This document shows, piece after piece, positions 56,901 to 64,000 of a DNA stretch of 64,000 nucleotides. A model generated the notes under the pieces. It did not search any database, had not been told where the DNA came from, and saw only the letters and a program-made list of their open reading frames with translations. Position numbers and translations under genes: made by a program. The number at the start of each line of letters is the position of its first letter. Position 1 is the first letter of the stretch. Source of the stretch: an uncultured Bacteroidota bacterium (GTDB taxonomy: Bacteria; Bacteroidota; Bacteroidia; Bacteroidales; VadinHA17); assembly GCA_963843415.1 (NCBI GenBank), contig CAWJKD010000002.1:322400-386399 (forward strand), given 5' to 3'.

Positions 56901-59222
56901 TTAATTCTTTTGCTCGGCAACAGCCTTTTTTGTTGCTTCGAGATGAATATATGCTTCACGATCATATACAGCTTTCTCCATTCTTAAATCCCAACTTTTT
57001 TGAAGTATCTTTAACGCTTCCTGGTATTTCCCTTGTTTATATAATCCCCAGCCTTTGGTGTGTAAATAATTAAAATCATCAGGACTTAATTCCAATGCTT
57101 TTTGGGCAAGTTCCAAGCCTTCTTCAATGTTCCGATCTTTATCAATCAGGAAATAAGCAAGATTATTAATCCTCTCAGGGGCTTTAGGTTCTAATGAGAT
57201 TGGCTGACGATAATATTCTTCTGATATATCCAGAACACCTGCCTCAGAATAAATTGAAGCCAAGCTTGTTGTTATATCTGCATCAGAGACTGAATTGGCT
57301 CTACAAATAGATTTGTATTTCTCAATATATTCAGATGCAGTTTTCGTTTCTCCTTCAGTCAATGATAGCACTGCTTGCCTGTAGATCAGATCGGGATCAT
57401 CAGGAAAATCAAGTTCAGCTCTTCTATAAAGTTCTTTCTCTTTATTAAATTGACTGGTCTGATGATATGCATTTCCAAGGTATGTATAATCAAATACCCA
57501 CTGCGGTTTTACTCCCCAGTTTTTATATATTTGAAGTGCTTTTTCTAATTCAAGAATGACCTTCTCATGTTGGAATAGTTTTGAGTAGCTATTTGCAAGT
57601 CTGTAATAAAAATGAGGGGATTGGTCATCAATCTCCAAAAGCTGTTGACAATATTTGATCTCTTCAACTGGAGTTTCAAAATAACTGGCATATGCCATAT
57701 CAATATTATGTCTGAGCTTTAAAGAAGATTGATTCTTTTTCCTATAGGCCTTCAAGCACCATTTTTTAGCATCGTCATACATTGATTGATTTCCATATGA
57801 ATATGAAATCATTATAGTAGCCCCGACAAAATTGGAATCAATATTCAATGCCTGTTTAAACAAATTCCTTGCTGCAGAATAATCTTTTTTATCATAGAAA
57901 ATATGAAACCCTAACGTATAATACCTGGACGCTTCAGGAGAGAACGTGGTACCAATATGCTGAACATCAGGAGGTACTTCCTTATTCAATTTTGAGATTA
58001 TTAGATAATCCCTCACCATTTTTGATAGTGAATCAATGATTAGATAGATCTTCTCGGTAACTCCTTCTATTTGGAAAGCCTTAATAATCTCTTCTGTTCT
58101 CGTACTAATTAATTGTGCATTAAGACGTATTATTGATCCTGCTTTGCTTATACTCCCATAGGCAAAGACATTTACATCCAGTTTCTTTGAGATTGAACTT
58201 GCGACTGACGGTGTTATTGAGGCATAGTTTGTAATTATTTTGCTCTGTATAAGATTTTCTATTGATTCTATTTGTCTTATTTTTAGTTCTTCAGAGTTCG
58301 ATAGGAAGTTGATCAAATTATCCTGAATTATATCTTGCCATATGTTCCAGATTGTGTCATTAGTCATATTTTGAAACGGCATTACTGCAATGGAGATTCT
58401 TCCGTCAGAAGATTTCAGATTTTCAAGCTTGTCTATTTTGAATAATCTAGGATAAACAAATATTGCAACAGCAACTAAAATTGTTATAATGATACTACTT
58501 AAAAGTAGCTTCCGCTTAGGTAATCTGGAAGGTTTCTCCTGTACTTCCATTTTATCCACCTTCCCCAGTTCCTCCAATGGTTCTATGTAAAATGTATTTT
58601 CTTTTACCGGTGCAGTCTGAACATTCTTAAGGCTGATAATTATTTCATCAATCGCATTAGCTACTTTGTTTATTTGATTTAGGTAAAATGTTTTATTCAG
58701 GTTGTTACTAGGATGATCTTCATTAACCCTGAGAGGACGGTTTACACCAGGTTCTTTATATACAAATTCAATCGGCCTGAGTATTCCTCCCAATTCCCTT
58801 TCAATATGTGATTTATCATCAGCAGCTATTTCGTGAATCAGGATTGGAAGTACCCTGTTTGCAATATTACCATTTGGAAGTCTGACCTTTAGTCCGAACT
58901 GATCTTTGGAAGCCAATTCTACAAATGCTTTGAATTCATGTTCCCATGCAAATGACTTCGGGTCACAGTAGGTTCTGGATATGATAGGGATAAATACGGA
59001 GCATTTCAGCTTCTCCTTCAGAGATTCATCTACATCATGTGTCTCTAGAAGTCCATCATGAGGATTGATGTCAAAATAAACACTGATTTCTTCCTTGAAT
59101 GTTGATTCCAGTTCCCCTTTCAGGTTATTCACAAATTCAGTCACCCAGCCGTCATGCTTATTATCCTTCTGGCGGTAGGAGATGAAGATGTCGTATTCGT
59201 AACCTTCAATGATGCTTGACAT
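56901..59222 (-). CDS. TIR domain - TM helix - periplasmic TolB-N-like module - TPR repeat protein (paralog of 20672-23113)
   Basis: 773 aa.
- N-terminus: MSSIIEGYEYDIFISYRQKDNKHDGWVTEF...FIPIISRTYCDPKSFAWEHEFKAF.
- TM helix: LLLSSIIITILVAVAIFVY.
- Periplasmic module: ISIAVMPFQNMTND.
- Several TPR-like repeats follow: FKQALNIDSNF, LEKALQIYKNW, AQKALELSPDD. Confidence 0.8.
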   Translation of the reverse strand: MSSIIEGYEYDIFISYRQKDNKHDGWVTEFVNNLKGELESTFKEEISVYFDINPHDGLLETHDVDESLKEKLKCSVFIPIISRTYCDPKSFAWEHEFKAFVELASKDQFGLKVRLPNGNIANRVLPILIHEIAADDKSHIERELGGILRPIEFVYKEPGVNRPLRVNEDHPSNNLNKTFYLNQINKVANAIDEIIISLKNVQTAPVKENTFYIEPLEELGKVDKMEVQEKPSRLPKRKLLLSSIIITILVAVAIFVYPRLFKIDKLENLKSSDGRISIAVMPFQNMTNDTIWNIWQDIIQDNLINFLSNSEELKIRQIESIENLIQSKIITNYASITPSVASSISKKLDVNVFAYGSISKAGSIIRLNAQLISTRTEEIIKAFQIEGVTEKIYLIIDSLSKMVRDYLIISKLNKEVPPDVQHIGTTFSPEASRYYTLGFHIFYDKKDYSAARNLFKQALNIDSNFVGATIMISYSYGNQSMYDDAKKWCLKAYRKKNQSSLKLRHNIDMAYASYFETPVEEIKYCQQLLEIDDQSPHFYYRLANSYSKLFQHEKVILELEKALQIYKNWGVKPQWVFDYTYLGNAYHQTSQFNKEKELYRRAELDFPDDPDLIYRQAVLSLTEGETKTASEYIEKYKSICRANSVSDADITTSLASIYSEAGVLDISEEYYRQPISLEPKAPERINNLAYFLIDKDRNIEEGLELAQKALELSPDDFNYLHTKGWGLYKQGKYQEALKILQKSWDLRMEKAVYDREAYIHLEATKKAVAEQKN

Positions 59223-59245
59223 CTGAGAATTATATGCTTAAATAC

Positions 59246-59253
59246 CAAAGTTA
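59246..59253 (-). promoter_or_regulatory. -7 promoter box TAACTTTG for the TIR gene
   Basis: The reverse complement of CAAAGTTA matches TAnnTTTG. It lies 24 nt upstream of the ATG at 59222. The related TGTAACTTTA sits at the same relative position before the paralog at 20672. Confidence 0.5.
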
Positions 59254-59318
59254 CATCTTGTTTAAGCCAAAGTCAACTTTATTTGCTGATTCAATATAAA
59301 TTTCCGAAATTTGATCTG

Positions 59319-59394
59319 AGCGGTATTTCCATATGAGATTCTCATATTGGGTATCATTCATTGACGATGTATATACTCCCCTGGAAATACCGCT
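59319..59394. promoter_or_regulatory. Perfect 13-bp inverted repeat enclosing 50 bp, with a nested 17-bp palindrome
   Basis: AGCGGTATTTCCA lies at 59319-59331 and TGGAAATACCGCT at 59382-59394. The nested palindrome ATATGAGA-T-TCTCATAT lies at 59331-59347. The structure sits about 100-170 bp upstream of the TIR gene start. Confidence 0.6.
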
Positions 59395-60225
59395 TTCTTT
59401 AAATAAAATCAACCATGAAATTATTGATCACTTTAAACCTTCGCTAATTGAATTATTTTTCCGATATTTGATAATGGTGGCATCTCCAATTCGTAAAACC
59501 TTACTTTAAACTAAGTAGGTTTAAATGCAGCGAGACATATTTATTCCACAAGGAGATGCGCATGTTTACTCGTGAAAATCATTTATCTTTGTAAGGCATC
59601 AAGAATTCCTTAAATGGATACCAACCGAGTCAAACACCACGGTGGTAAAACGATGTGGACAGTCCGTCAAAAATGTTTATAAATCACCATGGCTTTCCGA
59701 GATTGATCTTGATGTGAAAATTGATTTTTATTATTCACTTTTAACTTTTTGCATTATGAAAGACAACAAGAGAAAAGCAGCCGAACCAGTACATTATCGA
59801 CAATCGGAGAACGGCAGAGCAGTTTTGGGAAGATTTGATGAACACACCCTATAACGAAGATAAGGTAGGGCAGGCTTTTGTAAAAGTATCATGGAAACGA
59901 TTACCGGAATCTGAAAAACCCCAACCAAATAAAACTGATGAAAAAGAAAATAAATAAGGATGAATTAGCTACAGAGCAAAAATCAACTTCTTTGGAGAGG
60001 GAGAATATAGAGAAACTCTTTCCAAATTTAAAGATAGTGGACGCTACGGACGAGATGATTGGAAAGACCTTTCTGTTTACGTGGATAAGGCCCACTAAAA
60101 AATCGAATCAGGACGACGTTTAGAAATTCCACTTTTAGCCAAATATGGTTACTTTTAGCAGAAAAGATACGTTTTGTTTACAATTACTGAGTGACATTTT
60201 AGAGGCCAATAAAGAGAAAATTATT

Positions 60226-61167
60226 ATGAAGAAATCCGAAAAGATTAGAATTTCCCTTCTGGGTTTGATGTCAATTTTGGTATCATGTAGTACAAATCCA
60301 GTTGACAAATTTCAAGGTGTTTATATCGCTGATAAGGATTCCTTGAGAGTACTTTTACAAAAGGATATGGATGATGATAATGCTTTTGCAGTTAATTTGT
60401 TGAATATAGCGATTGAAAATGCTGTTATTGAGTTTGAAATTAAAGGAGACTCGATAAATGGATTAATGTTTCTGGCAGGTGAAAGCACTACTATTAACTC
60501 AAAAATAGTTACAAGAAATGATGGCATGATTATTAAGGTTGGTGAGGTTGAAGCGAATTTAACACCCACGCCAACTGGTTTATTATTCGGCAGATCAAAT
60601 TCAGATTTAAGTATTCACCTGATTAAATCAGAACGAACTAAATTATCTGAGGAAACGTGGCAGGCAATAAAAGAGGAGAAAGAGTATGAGAAAAGTCTTG
60701 GGAAATGGCAACTCAGAAATTTTGTCGATGACTTTGGTGATTCTACAAGTAGTAAATATATCAAAACACAGGTAGAAGGTACATTCTCTAATTCTGCTAC
60801 CAGTAATTCATATTTATTTGCTGAGGTTTTATTTACTAAAAGTGCAATAGGTATTTTTTTCCATGAATATAGTATTTCGTCACCCAATGCTAGATTTATT
60901 GAAGATGACTACATTCTAGCGACGGTTAACCTAAAAAACTCCAAAGGAGAGACGCTATTCTTGGGTTCTTCTCTTGAATGGGGGGATGATGGCGGAATTA
61001 GCTTTAGAAGAAAGAGTAATGATCCTGATGATGATTATACAAAATCTAAGAATTTTATTCAAAACAACACGGGCAAAATAAAAGTAGTTGTTAAAGATCG
61101 ATTTGGATCATCATATCTATTCTCAATAGATTCCACAGGATTTACAGAAGGGCTTGCGCTGTTGTGA
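60226..61167 (+). CDS. Hypothetical lipoprotein
   Basis: The ATG at 60226 gives MKKSEKIRISLLGLMSILVSCSTNP (lipobox). I recognise no family. The ORF-track start at 60145 adds an unlikely 27-aa extension. Confidence 0.6.
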   Translation: MKKSEKIRISLLGLMSILVSCSTNPVDKFQGVYIADKDSLRVLLQKDMDDDNAFAVNLLNIAIENAVIEFEIKGDSINGLMFLAGESTTINSKIVTRNDGMIIKVGEVEANLTPTPTGLLFGRSNSDLSIHLIKSERTKLSEETWQAIKEEKEYEKSLGKWQLRNFVDDFGDSTSSKYIKTQVEGTFSNSATSNSYLFAEVLFTKSAIGIFFHEYSISSPNARFIEDDYILATVNLKNSKGETLFLGSSLEWGDDGGISFRRKSNDPDDDYTKSKNFIQNNTGKIKVVVKDRFGSSYLFSIDSTGFTEGLALL

Positions 61168-61308
61168 AAAACAACTCAATTTTTAGACTTCATTATCATA
61201 TAAAGACATATAAACACTCGAAGAACGTAAAGCAGTGCAGCGAGACAAATTTATTCGACTAGGAGATGCCGCTTTCTTAGATAATCTTTTTTTTCACAAT
61301 TTTACACT

Positions 61309-61869
61309 ATGGGATCATTCATTATTGTCGTAATCATTTTGGTGGTTGTAATTACTTTTTTTCTTAAGAAAGCCAGAAAGTTTGATGAAGAGGTAGAAGA
61401 GAGAAAATCTACATCAAAGAAGAAATCAATTAAGGAAAAGAAAACCGCACCACATCACACAGATTTAACTTTTGAAGAATACAATTCTAAATGGGATAGT
61501 TATTATGGCATTAGAACAGACGAACCTTTTACCACAACATTATCTGGAACAAAATATAATGATTGTCAATCTGTAATTAAAAAATTAGTTAAGGAAGGAG
61601 ATGAACTAATGTTGCTACCTGACCTTGAGAACGAACATGATAAAACAGCAACACGTGTATGCACTAAAGATGGTTGGATGGTCGGCTGGATACCAAATCA
61701 AGAGTGGAGCGATAGGATATTTACTGACTTACTGAAAGGGAGGAGATGGGATGCTTATGTAAAGGAGATCAGACAACCTTCAAAAGAATGGAATTTTTAT
61801 AATGTAGTTGTTGAATTATGGCGATATGAACTAGGTACCGTTATTGATTTGACGTTTTTAAATCAATGA
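61309..61869 (+). CDS. Membrane-anchored HIRAN-domain protein
   Basis: 186 aa.
- N-terminal TM helix: FIIVVIILVVVITFFL.
- A Lys-rich linker follows.
- The HIRAN-like block is TTLSGTKYNDCQSVIKKLVKEGDELMLLPDLENEHDKTATRVCTKDGWMVGWIPNQEWSDRIFTDLLKG. Confidence 0.6.
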   Translation: MGSFIIVVIILVVVITFFLKKARKFDEEVEERKSTSKKKSIKEKKTAPHHTDLTFEEYNSKWDSYYGIRTDEPFTTTLSGTKYNDCQSVIKKLVKEGDELMLLPDLENEHDKTATRVCTKDGWMVGWIPNQEWSDRIFTDLLKGRRWDAYVKEIRQPSKEWNFYNVVVELWRYELGTVIDLTFLNQ

Positions 61870-62043
61870 TAGAAGGTTTAATTTTACAAGCTAAGTTAGG
61901 AAAAGGAATAAAGAAACCAAAGTAAAAGCAAGCATCATCTTACTTTCTCAAACCGTCTAAACATCAACAAGTTGATTCTGGTATTATTGGAATAAAATGT
62001 GCGATAAAAAGAAATTTGCTTACTCCAAAAGAAAACGATATTA

Positions 62044-63449
62044 CTAATTTGAAGGGATCAAGTTAAAATAGAAATCTCCAGTAAGTGAAGTCGACTCCCA
62101 AGGTATTTGTTGTTTTTTCGTTCTCTGGGAAACAACATTCCTTACATTCTGGAACATCTGAATTATTGTGAGATTGGGGATTTGGATGTTTTCTAATACA
62201 GCAGTTGTATAAGGACTGTTACTTCCACTACCATCTGATGCCGTATTCCCCGGTGCGGTTGAATAGGCAATAAGTGTACCTGTGGGGGCATTCATAAATG
62301 CAAGTCCCCTCCCGAAGGAGAGCGAGTCCAGCTTCGTTCAAATGGATTATTTCGGCAAGCATCTAATACAATAACATTGACTTTCGTACCAGATGTCTCC
62401 ATAAGGGCCAGAACACGATCTGCTCGCACACAATCATATTCAACTTGCTCTTCTGTTGTAAGCTGTGCATCAACTGGTATTAAATAATTATAACCCTTGG
62501 CCTGAAGACCATGGCCAGCATAATAGAATAATCCTACATCATTGCCCTTAAGTTTTGATCCAAATTCGTCAATCGCTCTCTTCATCTGACTTCCATTCAG
62601 ATTCTTATAAGAATAAACTTCAAATCCGAGCTTCTTTAAAATATCGGTCATTGATCTCGCATCATTTTCAGGATTTGCCAGAATACTCCCAATATAATTG
62701 CCATTGCCGATTACTAAAGCAATCCTTTTTCCCGGTTTATTTGTCTCAAAATTTGTGATCTTTGATGAACTGGCTTTCAAACCAGCGCTTTCCGAAGAAG
62801 CAACTTCCTTTTGATCTAATAAAGGAAGCTCATCCTCCTTATCATTCACACTTTCCTTTATAACCGTATTTGCTACATAATCTCCAATACTAATTTTTAA
62901 AGGTTCATATTCGTTTACCACTTTCTGGCCTTTAAATGTGAGGCTATCTTGATAGTGATAACGATATGTCTTGCCATTAGATGGGTTAGTAATTATGAGA
63001 CTTATTAATGCAAAGCCTTTTGTTGTTAATGCATAGTCTGGTTTGGAAAATATAAGGGATAAAATATTACTTTCAAAAGATGAGGCTTCATTATCTGCGA
63101 TCGGAACTTCTATATAAATTGCAGGAAGAGAACGAATTATTAATTTGTAAACCTCATTATCAGCATCATATTCTGCTTGTTTGATTCCAAATACAATTTC
63201 CTGGCTGGCGAGATTATTGATACTACTCTTTACTAAATCATCGATTTTTTGTTGCCTATTTAAAGGAGTAATCCTTTTTTCATAATCAATTGTGTTTTCA
63301 TATCTACCCCGTACCTGCCACTTACTTATTTCATTACTTGCAAAGTCTCCAATATGCTCAACAATTTTATTCAAATCTAAATTAGACTCATATAGATAGT
63401 ACTCTATTGAGTCCTTTCTCAGTTGTAATTCCTTTGTTATTTCAGCCAA
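62044..63449 (-). pseudogene. Caspase-like (peptidase C14) protein with a ~230-aa N-terminal domain of unknown function, split by a frameshift
   Basis: ORF 62292-63449 carries the His and Cys motifs FYYAGHGLQAKGYNYLIPVD and VIVLDACRNNPF. ORF 62044-62295 in another frame continues with the p10-like part (GRGLAF)MNAPTGTLIAYSTAPGNTASDG. The frames switch near the G-run TCGGGAGGGGAC at about 62300-62312. Confidence 0.7.
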
Positions 63450-63529
63450 GGCATCTTTAATAGGTTTATTTAATTTCTCAGTAAACTTGATTGACGGTGA
63501 ACCTATCTTATTATAAAAAAAGGATACAG

Positions 63530-64000
63530 CTAAGGTCTCTTTTTTATTGTATTGTAGCTATATAACAAAGTATCCTCTGTCTGAACCTTAAGCTGAACAT
63601 TAGCAACGATATTATCAAAATACCATGGAGATCCGATTAATGACAATAGAATAAATGGGACCTTTAGTATCATACCTCCGTATGAAAGTATATGATCATA
63701 AGATTCAATGATTATTTCAGCATAGATATCCTTTGCTGTCGGGTCGTTTGTAAAAAGATCCGTAAAATCATCTGATATAAAATTCTTGAACTCTTGTTCG
63801 CTTAATCCCAATTTTCTTGGCACTTTCCATTTAGGTGTGTATTTGAGTAAGTTGACTGAAATATTTAATTTCGCATCTATCTTTTTGTGAGACTCTATAT
63901 TATTTTTCTTTTCATAATATGGGATATAGGAGTTTTTCACAACACACGAAGTAGCTATTATCGTTATTCCAATGACGAATACCTTTGTGAATGGTCTCAT
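63530..64000 (-). CDS. Hypothetical lipoprotein
   Basis: The ATG lies exactly at 64000-63998, giving MRPFTKVFVIGITIIATSC (lipobox). 156 aa, and I recognise no family. Confidence 0.55.
   Translation of the reverse strand: MRPFTKVFVIGITIIATSCVVKNSYIPYYEKKNNIESHKKIDAKLNISVNLLKYTPKWKVPRKLGLSEQEFKNFISDDFTDLFTNDPTAKDIYAEIIIESYDHILSYGGMILKVPFILLSLIGSPWYFDNIVANVQLKVQTEDTLLYSYNTIKKRP

Overview
The window looks like a chromosomal segment of a Bacteroidota genome. The evidence is several Por/T9SS C-terminal sorting domains, a PorP/SprF gene next to a giant SprB-repeat adhesin, and TAnnTTTG-type -7 promoter boxes. All calls come from reading the ORF translations and the raw DNA; no searches or statistics were run.

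**Core region (about 1-52,900).** This part is mostly housekeeping and envelope genes:
- dnaK, panB, fmt, ribBA, cdd, xseA/xseB, a CCA-adding enzyme, thioredoxin, an LptF/G permease and two tRNAs
- two sensor kinase systems
- a CUT2-type sugar ABC importer with an FGGY kinase
- a 2026-aa T9SS adhesin
- CotH/DUF4956 genes

**Best candidate for an undescribed system (11.4-17.6 kb).** A RyR-domain SpoIIE/PP2C phosphatase sits next to a single protein that fuses a SiaB-like kinase to a SiaC-like (DUF1987) phosphoprotein. No diguanylate cyclase is present. The pair is divergently paired with a 1026-aa ABCG-type transporter that carries a long N-terminal sensory-looking region.

**Accessory region (tRNA-Met at 52,822-52,895 to the window end).**
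- It carries conflict-type domains: a TIR-TM-TPR protein, a caspase-like C14 peptidase and a membrane-anchored HIRAN protein.
- Three of its genes are disrupted.
- It has its own families of repeated intergenic modules.
- A close paralog of the TIR protein lies about 34 kb away, at 20.7-23.1 kb.

**Other oddities.**
- An S8 peptidase has its signal peptide and propeptide encoded upstream of any canonical start codon.
- Degenerate inverted copies of the tRNA-Val 3' end and trailer lie beside that tRNA.
- Inverted arrays of 8-bp tandem repeats lie upstream of the LptF/G gene.
- The tRNA-Met has a non-canonical T-loop.
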